Source: Paramecium tetraurelia (lineage: Eukaryota). From it: a stretch of 64,000 nt of DNA. Where the stretch lies: contig CT867987.1 of the NCBI GenBank assembly GCA_000165425.1, forward strand, positions 62,001-126,000, written 5' to 3'. Below are positions 43,693-57,803 of this stretch, in pieces. Numbering within the stretch: position 1 is the first letter of the stretch; each line of letters opens with the position of its first letter. Position numbers and translations under genes: made by a program. The notes under the pieces were generated by a model. The model searched no databases. It was not told the DNA's origin and saw only the letters and a program-made list of their open reading frames with translations.

Positions 43693-44047
43693 TTTTCTAT
43701 TTATAAAATATTATAATATTATAGGTATTGGCAATAAAATATTTTATTATCTATTGAACAATAACTGTATTAACTTTAAATGTCACTTTACTCTATTAAC
43801 AATATTAACGATTCTAAGGTCTCTATAGCCAGAATAATTATTAATTTAAATTGAATGAAATCATGAAGATAATCCTATTAGATATAAATTAAATTTTAAA
43901 TGATTAAAAGTACCTTTTTTATAATCGTGCAGTTCTTAAGTGAATTTATAAATAGACATTTTTTAGGTGAAATCATAAATATTCAGAGATTCAGCAATTT
44001 TAGGGCCTTTTTTCTCTTATAAATTTCAATAAAAAATTTAAAGAAAT

Positions 44048-44722
44048 ATGTTTGAAACATAATTTTCAATTGATCAACAAGAATTGGAAACTCAATAGTC
44101 ATTGCCTATTCTCAATTCCCTTGGGTCTTCTCCTAATATTTAATTAAGAATTGATAGTTTAGAAAGTATTTTACGATTGAACATTTAAGATGATGAATCT
44201 TCAATGAATGAGTTAGGCTCTTAATATGGAATTGATTAAGGTATCAATGACTCCATCGAGTTGTATAAATAAGCATAAAGCCTCAAAGACGTAGTAAATA
44301 CAACCTATCATCCATCTATATTATTTGGAAAAAAACATTATTAAGCCTACTAAAGATTATGTTGGAATGAATTAATGGGACTAAATAATATTGAAGAACT
44401 TTCAGAAGAATCGTTTGGATAGAGCTAGGAAATAAGAAATTATGTTCTTTCAACCTTAGCTCAAATATAATCAACATTAATAAATTAGGATAAAGCGGAA
44501 AGAGATCCAGCAGGGGATCATATTTAATTCATTATTTAAGAATCTGAGGATCTTATTCTACATGAAATTTCTTTGTCATCTGAATCTAATTCGGATGCAG
44601 AATTAGATAATGAATAAAAAAATGATGTAGAACAAAAAATACAAAATTATAATTCAAATTTCAACATTTTGGAAAAATTCACAGCTTAATACAAATCATA
44701 AAGCCAAATTGATAATTTCTGA
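44048..44722 (+). CDS. Acidic hypothetical protein (224 aa)
   Basis: Uninterrupted 675-nt code-6 ORF from MFETQFSIDQQEL to IDNF-TGA. Confidence 0.6.
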
Positions 44723-44846
44723 TACTAATAGGATTGAATAATAACATTAATATAATACTCTAAAACAAAATAATTATATTTCTAGCAATAAATATATATA
44801 TTTCTCTTTTGAACTATATCTTGCAATATTATCATTCTAGTATTAA

Positions 44847-46691
44847 TCATTCCATCACTTTGCAATTTCTAGTTCTATTTAAATAGTTTTAACAGAATAA
44901 AAAAAATTTGTTAGGGCGTGATCGAAATAAATTGTGCTTAGTCGAAACAACTATTTTTTTAGAAGGCGAGAGGGATGAATTTCTAATCATACAATTAATT
45001 GTCTTACTTTCTCTTATCCAAATTTCCAAGACTGCAATCTGTCTTAGAAATGCTAAATGCACTAACTTCAGTATCTGCTCTTAATTATTCTAATTTAGAT
45101 TAGGTTTTTGAATGAGACTTCATTAATTAATAAGAGATTATTTATTTTCTATCTACTTGAGATGTATCCTTATCATTAAACATAGATCGTAAGATTATAC
45201 TTTACTTTTATTATTTTTTTAATTTATCTTCTTCATCATTTGGCATTAAATATGCTCTTTTATAAGTAATTTATTTCATTTGTAAATGAGTATCTTACAC
45301 ATTCATTAGACTTGATTATAGTTATTATTATTATTTTATAAAACTAGTTCTGGTTGGAATCATTCCTTTCTTTTTATAATCATCAATCTAAGAGACTAAT
45401 TTCTTTAATAATCGATCGGATTAAAAATGTTTTGAATGTTATTATTATAGAAGTGACTTTTAAGAATTAATCCCTTCAAACTATTCTGTTTTTAATTTTA
45501 CACTCATTGTTCTCTTTATTTAATCTTTCAACAGTTGAGTTTTTTAAAGTGTATGATTTTCGAATAATTCTTACAAACTCTGAGTTTCTTCCAGCATTTT
45601 TTAAAATTAATAGTATTTAAGTAAAAATAGTGTTACTTTTTCAGATACTACTATTACAGTGTATTCACGTTTCCCTTGTGTTTTAAATTCAATTGCTCCG
45701 AAAATATTACCAACTCCCATTCGAGAGATTTTTACGCTTTGGTTTTCATTTACTTTATATGATTCCACTTCTCCCTTATATATTATGTAAAAACAATCAG
45801 AAATTTCATTTTATTTGTAAATTATTCTTCCTTTTGTAAATTTTATCTTTTTAAAATCATAAGCATATTAAGTAGCTGTTTATTGTTTAGTATCTGAAGG
45901 TAGAAAGTGTTCATATAAAAATTGCAGCCTTTTATTAATAGAACTAACTTAAGCAGATTACAATATCATTTTATAGGAAGAAGCATCAACTTAAGCCAAT
46001 TCAACAAAGTCAGCTGCTAATACCGTTGCTGATCTCGGTTATTCTAAAATTAATCCAAGCTCCCCAAATGCCTCTCCTTATGATTATTTTGTAATCAAAT
46101 TTTATGTAAAAACACCTTATTCAAAAAAATAATTGATATCACTAAATTAATCGGGATAAAGATCACCTGTCTCCTTAAGGTAATCTTTATATTGCCTTAT
46201 TTATCTTAATTTTGAAATGTGATTATTAATTTGATTGGCAGACTTAAAAGTTAAGATTTGATTTAATCTGTCAATTATCTCTCTTTGGTGATTTTTCTTT
46301 TATTATTCATCCAGCATGTAGTATTATTCAACATATTATTCTATCTCAATTTAAAGAAACTTCTTCTTTTAGTATATATGAACTGTTCCATTTAAAATTA
46401 TGTAAAAGTTATTTGCAGGTTGACCTGAATTGAATTTGTATATGAGTACCCTCCTTAAAAATGATGTGCCCAGGCTGAAAGGATATGTATTTCATCACTC
46501 GGCATGTTTGATAATGTAATTATTAAAGTTGATTTTTTCGATATAAATTTATCTCCTTAAAATATTTCAATGGTTTGGTTGCTCTAACTAAATGCCAAAT
46601 TTCATCTTCAGTTCTTTCATCTTGTCTTAAGATGTTTTTGGCTTCCAAATATAAAATAATTTATTACTTCCAAAAATGGCTATTATTTCAT
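44847..46691 (-). CDS. Soluble protein with two cyclic nucleotide-binding domains
   Basis: ERTEDEI, FQPGHIIFKEG..ANNFYIILNGTV..GEAFGELGLILEQPRSATVLA; second domain CFYIIYKGEV..GQYFGAIE; low-complexity tail. Confidence 0.8.
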
Positions 46692-47220
46692 TAAATAAAA
46701 ATATTTAATAAAGACTATTAAAGCATTGAAATGAGGGGAAGGACAAATTTTTTCATATAGAGTTGTAATGAAAAGAAAAACTGGAATAAAGAAAAATAAC
46801 GAAGATAATTATTTAAATTTGATTTTGGAATATAAAGTATCATTATTCGATTCTAATTTTTGTGTATGTTATAATCACCATACAAAGATTTAATTTTTAC
46901 TCTTCTCAACATATAAAAATTCTGTGACTCAGTTAATTAATAACATTTTTCAATTTATTCAGTTTTGATTTAATGCGATATCGTTATGAAAATATTTCAA
47001 TTATATTGACATAGTTGAAATCAATAATACTCTTAGAACTAAATTCAATTTGAAATAAATTCGAATTATAGTTGTTTTTAAAGTTATAACTTTTCTTAAT
47101 TAAATTATTATCAATATTTAATCTCTAATCTATTATTTATCAAATTGAATTATGCTACATAAACAGTTTATCAATTTCAAATTCATTATATTAAAATAAC
47201 CTTAAAATACAATATTATTT

Positions 47221-47279
47221 ATATAATAATATAATAATATAATATAATAATATCATAATAACATAATAACATAATAACT
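47221..47279. repeat. AT-rich microsatellite-like tract (ATAAT/ATAATAAC units)
   Basis: atataataatataataatataatataataatatcataataacataataacataataac in an intergenic region. Confidence 0.6.
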
Positions 47280-47647
47280 AGTTAGTCTTTAAAGAATTAG
47301 GCTGTAATTCCAAAGCGCCTCTGTGTATTTTGAGTATATATCTAATAAGCAAACGATTTGTCTTTAAAAAACAAAAAAATATCTTGTATTTTCAAATAAA
47401 ATTAAGATCATAGGTTGCATGGAATAAATCTATTCTTCTCTTATTTCTATATTTTAAAAATTCTTTTGATATAATCTAAAGAATCAAATTTTAAATAATT
47501 TTGAACAGATAAATGTTTATATTTAAATTTAGAAAAGAGCAATATGGTCCGTCAATAATTAAATTTATAATGAAAATTTTGATCTTCAAGACTGAAGATC
47601 TAATTATAAGAAGAATATTTTGTAAATATAAACTAAATATGCAATTA

Positions 47648-50609
47648 TCATTTGGTGACTGATATAGAGTTTATATTAACTTGCTTTGACATTCTTAGAT
47701 TATTCATCAATTCTAGTAAATTCAATCTTAAAGGTGTCTCAAGGCATTCCATTTCTGTTTTTGTGTGTAATTTTTCATCATCGAAATTTGGTTTATTAAA
47801 GAATGTAACCTAAACTCCTTCTGGTACTTTGATAGATTTAACTTTAAAATTTTTCATATCGTTTGGAATAACAGGATGAGCACCGCATAATTTTAATTCA
47901 TCTCCAGTGTAGTGGCATTCTGAGTATAAAATTACACAAGGTTCCTATAGAAATTTATATATATTTTTACCTCCGTCTCATTTTCAGGGTGCTTTTTCTA
48001 ATTATCAGTATCTTCCTTTACATCATTTGTTCCATGTTCATCAGACCTTACTTCTCCCTCAGATGTACTATGGTCTTCAGATTATCCTTCTCCTTCGGTT
48101 GTACCGTGGTCTTCAGCTTTTCCTTCGCCCTCTTATGTACCATGATCTTCAGATTATCCTTCTCCTTCAGTTGTTCCATGCTCATCAGACTTCACTTCAC
48201 CCTCTTATGTACCATGATCTTCAGATTATCCTTCTCCTTCAGTTGTTCCATGATCTTCAGATTTTACTTCTCCTTCGGTTGTGCCATGGTCTTCAGATTA
48301 TCCTTCTCCCTCGGTTGTACCGTGATCTTCAGATTATCCTTCACCTTCAGTTGTTCCATGTTCATCAGACTTCACTTCACCCTCTTATGTACCATGGTCT
48401 TCAGATTATCCTTCTCCTTCGGTTGTACCATGGTCTTGAGATTATCCTTCTCCTTCGGTTGTACCATGGTCTTCAGATTTTCCTTCTCCTTCAGTTGTAC
48501 CATGGTCTTCAGATTATCCTTCTCCTTCAGTTGTACCATGCTCATCAGACTTTACTTCTCCCTCTTATGTACCATGATCCTCCGATTATCCTTCTCCTTC
48601 TGTTGTACCATGATCTTCAGATTTTACTTCACCCTCTTATGTACCATGGTCTTCAGATTGTCCTTCTCCTTCGGTTGTTCCATGTTCATCAGACTTCACT
48701 TCACCCTCTTACGTACCATGGTCTTCAGATTATCCTTATCCTTCGGTTGTGCCGTGATCCTCCGATTATCCTTCTCCTTCTGTTGTACCATGATCTTCAG
48801 ATTTTCCTTCACCCTCTTATGTACCATGGTCTTCAGATTGTCCTTCTCCTTCGGTTGTTCCATGTTCATCAGACTTCACTTCACCCTCTTATGTACCATG
48901 GTCTTCAGATTATCCTTCTCCTTCGGTTGTACCATGGTCTTGAGATTATCCTTCTCCTTCGGTTGTACCATGGTCTTCAGATTTTCCTTCTCCTTCAGTT
49001 GTACCATGGTCTTCAGATTATCCTTCTCCTTCAGTTGTTCCATGTTCATCAGACTTTACTTCTCCCTCTTATGAACCATGATCCTCCGATTATCCTTCTC
49101 CTTCTGTTGTACCATGGTCTTCAGATTTTCCTTCACCCTCTTAAGTACCATGGTCTTCAGATTATCCTTCTCCTTCGGTTGTTCCATGTTCATCAGATTT
49201 CCCTTCCCCTTCTTATGTACCATGATCTTCAGATTATCCTTCTCCTTCAGTTGTACCATGTTCCTCAGACTTTCCTTCTCCCTCAGTTGTACCCTTTTCT
49301 TCAGAATTTCCATCTCCTCCATTTGCACCTTCACCGCCATTATTTCCCTCTCCTTCACCTTCTTCTTCTTGTATTGTTTCTTTAATGCTGACTTCTTTTG
49401 CTTAAAATACTTTGTCTGGTTTAGATTCCACGTTAGCATTCAAATCTCTCTTGTTTTTTACTGTATCTAACTCCTCACCAGCACAATTTTAATATTCTTC
49501 AGAAGGAGGCTCTGGTTCGCTTTTTTCATCTTCTTCTTGATTCTTTTTTGGAGGAAGGCTGGTTTTACCACCAACTTTTGTAGTCTTTTGTGGAACTATC
49601 TCTACCTCTTCTTCCTCACTTTCTTCTACTACTTCAACTGTTTCATCTGAATTGACATTATTGGTTTAGATTTTGACATTCTTATGATCCTCTTGAGGTG
49701 GTAATTATTATGTTGGATCAACATCTACTTTATTTTTGACTGTATCATCTTCTTCTCCTCCAGGACAATCTTCTTCAGGTACTTCTTAATCATGAACTTC
49801 TTCTTCTTATTTATCGCCTTTTTCTTCACCTTCTGTATCTTCTTCGCCCTCCTTTTTATTTTCTTTTTCAACTTCATTTGGATCTGATTCTTCTTCTCCA
49901 TTATCTTTGTCAACTGGTTATTCATCTGCTTTAATTTCTGTTTCCTTATCAAGATCAATTACATTTTTGACAATGTAATTAAATAACTTTTCAATGTCAC
50001 TCACTTCTGAATTTTAACTGTAAAGAACATAAAAAAGTGCTTAGCCTTCAGATAAATTAGAAATTTATATAATGGACTTTCCATGTTCTTCATAGGATGA
50101 AATAATTTCATTCTTTTTTTCAACAATTAATAACCTATTCAAAATTCCTTCAATATTTGAATTGAGTAAACTGACGCCTTAATAATTATCTTAAGAAAAC
50201 ATATCGATTCTTTAGGTATCCTCATTACCTTTGCTCATTTAGATTTTAATCCATTCCTTATCCTTAATCTGAGTTCCTAAAAAAACCAAATTTTAGGTTG
50301 TTTCTGTAAAATATTCGGATTCAGGACCAAATGCACTTGTTTTCTTGACTTGTCCATCTGTTAATTCTATATGTTATTTATGGTTTGTAGAAAATATCCA
50401 ATTTTAATAGCTAGTTTTAGGATTGAGATTTACTTTTTGGCTTAATCATTTCTTTAGATGCCCAATAACATATCGCTTGACATATCGGTTTCTTAAATAT
50501 ACTTCTCTAGAGATTGAATGTTCTTTTAGATCCAATCATGAATTTTCGTGACATCTTTTGCAAAAATGCCTAGGGTTGACAATATCAACAATAGAACTGC
50601 AATTTTCAT
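47648..50609 (-). CDS. Secreted acidic repeat protein with C-terminal beta/gamma-crystallin domain (secretory granule/trichocyst-type)
   Basis: Signal peptide MKIAVLLLILSTLGIFA; Glu-rich region; tandem 12-aa repeats; C-terminal CVILYSECHYTGDELKLC..VKSIKVPEGVQVTFFNKPNF..MECL. Introns near 50410-50433 and at 47945-47970. Confidence 0.8.
48027..49290 (-). repeat. Coding tandem repeat, 36-nt unit, about 35 copies (HGTTEGEGQSED / HGTQEGEVKSDE)
   Basis: Unit accatggtcttcagattatccttctccttcggttgt repeated with point variants. Confidence 0.95.
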
Positions 50610-50899
50610 AATAATTAAAATAAATTATTAAAAACGAATATAAAGTAAAATCATTTTAAATAAAAGAGAATTAAATAAAGAATAATGTATAAAAATTAAT
50701 ATATCTGGTTAAAAGTTTGAAATCATAGAATAGTTGTCTAGGTAAAAATTCTCCTTTTTCAAAATTCATTCAAAATGGGAAAATAATTAGAAATCTGATG
50801 AATTGTAAATGTAATAATTACATTAATAAATTCAAGATGAAAATGTGCTTATTATTAGTTTGTTTTTTATTATAATGTACTATTGATATTTTATGATCA

Positions 50900-51403
50900 T
50901 CATTTTCCAACAAAACCCTTAAGATATGTTTCCTTTTAAGCTCTAATGACTTCTCTCTTGTCTGTTTTTCTTGACATATAAATCTTTGTTTTTTCTGCTC
51001 CTCTTGTCTTCTTTAATTTAGATTTGACTTCCTTCCAACCCTTTCTGCTTCCATCTCTTTTTGGGATGATTCCTCTTCTTCTCAATCTGAATTTTGGCTC
51101 GAATTTAAGTAAATACCTGGAATAATTAAAATTATTGCACATACTATTAGGTGTCATAAATGAGAGCAAAACCTGTAGTTCTGTTACCTCCGAATGTTGT
51201 TCTGAGACCATAGACAACAACATTTCTCTCATCAGCTTTATACTTGCTAGCCAATTCCTTGACAACAGATTCTTATGATGGGGTTGGCTTAATTTGATGG
51301 AGTAATTCAACACTCTTTATAATTTAACAAATTAGCATACCAATTATCTTCTGTTCAAGACTTTATTCAATAATACTTTTCTTGTTTTCACGATGAATGT
51401 CAT
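50900..51403 (-). CDS. RPS24: 40S ribosomal protein S24 (eS24)
   Basis: [58 protein letters not shown]. Two introns. Confidence 0.95.
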
Positions 51404-52248
51404 ATGAACTTTATTTTAATTCAAAATAAATTAAATCTTTTTCTTTATTTAATGAAAAGAATATGTATATAATTTATTCTTCAACACATCCAAAAATAAA
51501 AAAAACTAATAAAAACATCAAGAATAACATTAGTCACTCCTTTATCTAGGGTAGGGATAAAGCAGAAAACGGATCCTTTATTTGCTGATGTATATATCAA
51601 TAAAATTTATAAAACTGCTACTCAAACTGTTTATAATTTCTTAATCATAGTTTGTTATTTATATAACATTCAAATTGGGTTTTTCAGATTCAATTAACCT
51701 AGGGTAGTTTAATTATATTATCAGAACGTATGTTTTCAATCTAAATGCATGTGCCATAAATCTTACTTAAATCAAAAATTGGTTTCATGTTATGAAATAA
51801 TATAAATAACTAAAAATGGGAAGCTAGCCAAATAAAAACATGAAAAATCAGAAAGACATTGACTTAAAAGCTTATGTAAATAATCAAACTCGACCAAGAT
51901 CTATACCAATTTGCCCATATAATCCATATTGTAAAATAATAATATAGTTTTTTAATAAGCTTCTCTTACATAATATAATGTTACAATAAATAATGTGCTG
52001 TTTTAAGTAGTAAATCCTCCAGAAGACAATGATAGCATTACTATGGCTGAAAATTTTGATGAAGTCTGAAAAAATCAATGTATATTTTAAATATATTATT
52101 TTTGACAGAAAATATCGTCTTATTTTTCCTATTAATTTAAAACTTGAAATAGTTACTAATTAATATCAACAAAATAATAACCAAATATGTTGGACCTAAT
52201 CTAAATTATTTATATTTTAGTATACGAAGTAAATAAATAATACATGGA

Positions 52249-54969
52249 TCAATTAAATATTTTTAGCAAAACTTATTTTAGCTAGTTTATATTTAAGGGT
52301 TTTGTCAAAACATCTCTCATTCCAACCTCTAAACATCTATTGATGTCCTCTGCTGAATTAAATGCAGTCAATCCTATAATTGGTATATCTGGGATTATTT
52401 TGTCTCTTATGAGATCCATAAGATGTTTTGTGGTTGTCCACCCATCCATAATAGGCATTTAACAATCCATTAAAATAAAACGAAATAAGCTGCAAGATTC
52501 AGAACACTTTTCAGTGCTTTATATCAATTCAATAGCTTAATGTCCATTATATGCCTAAATAATTAATTTAATTACAATCAACAATCTAAAACCCATCTGA
52601 CCAATTATGACTTATAAAGCTTTTTGGTTAAAGAGATCATCATCTACTGACAATATTCTTGCACATAAACAAGGAAATTATAAATTCTCAAACTTCTCTT
52701 CCATTTCTATTTCTTATTCTTCTCTTTAAATTAATCTGGAGATCAATGTATTTGGTCTTTTACTTGATGATCTATCCATCTCTGATATGCTAAATGAAGA
52801 TTTTTTTCTTCTTTTAATAGATTTTTCTTTTAAATCTTGATTATTGATAAAAATAGAGAATGATTTACCAGTATTATTCAATTTTATTAAATTTTCTTAA
52901 AGATTTCCTTTTTATGTATCCTCTTCGTGCATCATATCAGTTTCTTCTACTACGTATTAATTTAACAACCCAATCGATTATTATGGCCGAAAATAATTTG
53001 CTATTGATGAGTGATGTCTAATAGGAATTTATTAGAGTCGTTTCTTAAACAGCAAATTGTCACATTTAGGATTATTAATAATTAATATTCCCTAAATTCC
53101 CATACATAGATCAGGTACTGTATATGCGGTTCTTATTGTTTACTTTTTCATAGTTGTACTTCCTACTATTTGAGTATTTGAAGATTAAGTTGTTCTAATT
53201 TTAAAGATAATTTATGTTCCGTCACCTAATCCATTCGAATTTATTCTCAATTAAGTTTTGTTTAATGGGGCTAACTTAAATAAGTTCATTTAACTTACAA
53301 GTAATCCTAGCCCTTACCATTCATCATGACATGAAAAATCTCTGTTTAAATTGAAGGATTTTAAAAATTCTTGGATTTTCTGTAATTAATCATTTTCAAT
53401 ACCCACTCCTTGATCTTTAACGCAAAAGGTTAGAGTAGTATCATAGCAAGAGATATCTAAAGTAATCAAACCTCTCTCTGAAAATTTGATTGAATTCGAG
53501 ATTAAATTTACCAAAATTTACATTATCCTATCAAAATCTGAATATATTAAAGGAGGTACTTAATTTTTCACATTAATGTGTAAACCAAGGCATTTCATTT
53601 ACAGAATTGGTCTAAAAATGTCATTTACTTCTTAGACAATATCTTCAAAATTAAATTCTTCAAATTTATACTTAATGATTTGTGAATGAAATTAAGTAAA
53701 ATCTATAATATCCCTAATTAAATATGCTTATAATTTTAACGCATTTGAAGCAGGATAAATAAAATTCTATTTGTGATCTTCATTGATACTAGGATCATTC
53801 AAAAGACCATCAAGAAATAATTTGGCACTGTTCAAAGGAGTTCTTAATTCATGAGAAAAGGAATCAATAATTCTTACTTAAAATTTTTCCCTTGTTTCTA
53901 ATTTTTATAGATAACTTTGCAAGGAAATGTCATCCATAATAATCAAATATTCAAGATCATTCTAACCACAAAATATCTTGCATTAGATACTTCTTGCATA
54001 ATCCTCTTCATGAAAGGCAGGTTACTTTGATTTTGATAATTAAGCCAAAAGTTCTATATTGTTCTCCTTTGAATAAAATTAATCGAGATTCCCACTTTGT
54101 AATTCTTACAAAATTTCATTTAGAGTATTTGGTAACTTGGAAATACTAGGCATTTTATTGCAACTAAAAAATTGTGGAATACTATTGTGTAGATTTGGAG
54201 ATTGTTTTGGCACTTTAATGCTTGTCTCTTTAACCTATTTCCTTTTTCTTTTGATTTGAAGTTTAAACTGTAATTCATTCATTAAAAATTTTGTTATATC
54301 TTTAATGCCATCAAACATTTAGAGCAGAGATTGATTTTAAAACATGATTTGAAGGTTATCCTTTTTTACAATCATTATTCCTACTGGTATGTTTTATAAT
54401 CTAATCAACCAGGAGTTGCTTATAGAGTCTTGGATTAAATTTATTATTTCGGAATTTCTTTGTGTGGGTTTTGTCATCTATACTGGCAATTCGAATTCTT
54501 AATTTTATTACATAATTCCACCCTTTTTTAATTTATAAAGTGAGACAGTGCAATAAATAGTGACTATATAGAGAATAGTATTTTCTTTATGAATAATGAA
54601 TAAGATAACAAATAGAATGTTGTAAACAAAATGCAACACCAAGGATTTTGTGGGTGATTATTTTTTAACCATCTAAATTTCTTAAGCTTTTAGCAAAATA
54701 TAAGCAGTTCTAGTTAAATCCTTATCTAAAAAACAACAATATGATATATGGGCACTTAGTGTAACACTCATAAACCAGTCAAAATATATTTTTGGAATTA
54801 ATTTTCTTTTTTGAATGATCATTAAGCTGATTATCAATATCATCCCATTCACAAGAAGTAGTACAAGAGAGGGTATTAAACTAATATCATATAAATATAA
54901 AAGCAGTCCAATAGTCACATTCATTGTGTTTTTTGAATAGAACTAAATTAATCTCCAATTTAATTGCAT
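52249..54969 (-). CDS. Membrane hybrid histidine kinase (HisKA, HATPase, receiver)
   Basis: N-terminal TMs; SFSHELRTPLN; DRIMQILVNLISNSIKFS; VKDQGVGI; QGLGL; receiver ILSVDDD, ILMDCQMPIMDG, IIGLTA, LTKP. Confidence 0.92.
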
Positions 54970-55361
54970 TATATTTATAATAGTTTTAATACATAATATT
55001 TTTAATATTAACAAAATTAGTTTTCAAAGGATTGGAGTAACTTTAATGGAAACCAAAAAAAAATCTATTTTTGATGGCATCCTTCTAAAAATTAGAATAT
55101 GCATATTAGCTTCTTAGAATACTGTAAAACATTTAATTTTTTTTATATCGCTTAATTATTGATTATGAACAAATTCTAAAACATAATTTGATTTAAACAT
55201 TTAAGAAATTTGTGCTTTTTCATAAAATAAGAAGATATAATTTTTGATGAATGCGTGAATTAATTAAACATGATATTATAATTAATGCAAGAAAAGTAAA
55301 TTAATTTATGATATTATTATAATATTATATATTTGCTCATGAGAGCTACAAATGTTAAGCC

Positions 55362-56293
55362 TCATTTTTCCTGCCTGTCTTTCGAATTCATTTTCAACAA
55401 CTCTATTTTAAATTCATCGTTATCTTATCTGCCGCTTTGGCAGCTAATGGATGTTTATTATGTTTTAAATTAAGACGATGCAAACACAAATTTAAATGTA
55501 GCAAGCGTTCTTCTTCACTTAAGACTTAAGCAAGCTGCTGAATAATCTAATCTGGGAGAAGCATGATTTTATAGGTTTCCTGAATATTGACTTATAATTC
55601 TTTATCGTTAATATTTGGCATGAATTTTTCAATAAAATTTTAAGCTCTTTGTTAAGCTTATTTTAATACATCACTTTCTACCATAAGGTATGCTAGTATA
55701 ACCTTTTAAATTTGACAAGTTTATTTATTCTATTAAGAAATAGATTATTAGTTAGAATTAAAATTTGAAGATGGTGATTGTTGTGATTGTTAATCCTATA
55801 AATTATTATTATTTATATTAATTTGATTATTAAGATTCTGAATTTATTTTTTATTGCATTTTTCTAATTTCTTCCCTTTCTTATTCAATTTACCTATGGA
55901 TCCTTGTCCAAGCACGTGAATGGCAATGCCCTTGCCAGTTTAAGAATTGTTATTGTTAATCCCTTTCATGAGATATACAATTCTTTAGTTGGCAGACCTT
56001 GCTTTCATCGGAGCCACATCTTACAAAGGCATACTATTGAAATTTGCAATATTGTCTTAGCTTTAAGGTGGTATATTGGACTAATTTTTTAAATAACATG
56101 AGCATACATCATCTGTGCAATTCGAAGACATTTCTGTATTATCTAAATAAGAGATGTCACTATCAGAAAAATCTTAACTCCTCTCTTCATCGAAGAATGA
56201 TGCATTTGAATGTGATTCTGTTGAATTGTGTGTGAACTCAAATTATTTGTTTAATTTTCTTTATTTCTGGATTACTTTCTCAAATGTAGACAT
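55362..56293 (-). CDS. Low-complexity hypothetical protein; ends approximate
   Basis: Open code-6 frame starting MSTFEKVIQKQRKLNKQFEF, Ser/Asn/Gln-rich, no recognisable domain. Confidence 0.5.
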
Positions 56294-56385
56294 ACTAGTT
56301 TTGTTGATTATTTTTATTATTTATTCATTAATCAAGACATCTATGCTATAATGCTAATGAAAGAATTAATTAAAAATTAAATTAA

Positions 56386-57736
56386 ATGGATTAAAATAAC
56401 CTCCATACATTGTTTTTTATTGATCATATTCTTAAAAATGAGCAAGCACAAAAGATACAACAGCTTGCCAAAGAGTACAGTGCAGAGAATGCTCACATTA
56501 GGGATATGGCTAAAGACCAGGCTGACCTATTTTTATCATAACTCCCAATTTCAAGTTATGGGGAAGAGAAAGTCAAAAGGCTATATTTTGATGGATGTTT
56601 CGATTTAATGCACTCTGGACATTTCAACGCACTTCGTTAAGCCAAAGAGTTATGCGAAACTTTGGTTGTTGGAGTGATAAAATCCGATGCCATAGCTAAA
56701 GCAAAAGGCCCTCCAATCATGACTGATGAGGAAAGATTGGCCTTAGCTAGTGGCTGCAAATGGGTTGACGAAGTAGTTATCCAGGAAACCTACGATCCAA
56801 CAATAGAATAGATAGATCGACATTCTTGTTCCCATGTTGCTCACGGTGATGATTTAGTCTAAACTGCTGATGGAAAGGATGCTTATTAGCCATTTAAAGA
56901 TGCAAAAAGAATGAAGTAATTATTTTTATCATTCCATATTTTTTTAGAATTTTTAAAAGAACAGAAGGAATCAGTACAACTGACATAGTGGGAAGAATGT
57001 TATTGATGACCAAAGAAGGGATGTGGGAAGAAAAGGTAATTCTTGTTTAAATATTTTCAGAAAGTATTTTAACAGTAAACCATCGTCGAAGCATCCAACA
57101 TCAACTCCTTGGAAATAGATCAAGCCTCCATTGAATAAACCTTAAATAACAAGATTTTGAACACAACCAGAAGAATCATGTAGTTTAGCAACAACAAGAA
57201 ACCAAAATCCGGTGACAAAATCGTTTATATTGATGGGTCCTTTGACATTCTCCATTAAGGTCATGTGGATGTTCTAAGAAAAGCCAAGGAAATGGGAGAT
57301 TTCTTGTATGTTGGAGTTTATGATAATGAGGTATTTAAAAAAATTCCTAAATTCCTAGACTATTAATAAAATAAAAGGAAGAAATTATCCAATTTTAAAT
57401 TTGTAAGAGAGAGTTTTAAATTTGTTGGCTATTAAATATGTCGATGAAGTTATTATGGGAGTTCCATATAAAGTGAATGAACAATTAATCAAAAATTTCA
57501 AAATTGATTTAGTCGTTGAAGGCAGTTGCTCTTCAAAAACCAGCGAAGATCCTTATGAATTACCTATCAAATTGGGAATCTATTAGTAAATCAAAGCTGT
57601 ACACAAACAGACTACTGATGAGCTAATTGAAAGAATCGTTGGAAATAGATTAAGATTTTTGGAGAAGTACAACTCCAGAAAAAAGAAAGAAATCAATTTC
57701 TTTGAAAATCATGATTACAAAGTGGAAGAAATATGA
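56386..57736 (+). CDS. PCYT2: Ethanolamine-phosphate cytidylyltransferase
   Basis: Two CT domains: YFDGCFDLMHSGHFNALRQAK..KGPPIM..CKWVDEV..HGDD..RTEGISTTDIVGRML, and YIDGSFDILHQGH..GRNYPILNLQERVL..YVDEV. Confidence 0.93.
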
Positions 57737-57803
57737 CATCAGCATTTTATAAGCCATAATACAATATAAATATATGTCATAATATACTTTATAATATTCA
57801 ATG

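Noticed and set aside
48027..49290. CRISPR-like 36-nt periodicity
   Set aside because: Units are directly tandem with no unique spacers, there are no cas genes, and they lie in a eukaryotic coding frame.
47989..49470. Long plus-strand ORFs of 361, 452 and 130 aa in the ORF track
   Set aside because: Antisense shadows of the stop-poor 36-nt repeat. The minus frame has a signal peptide, introns and a terminal domain.
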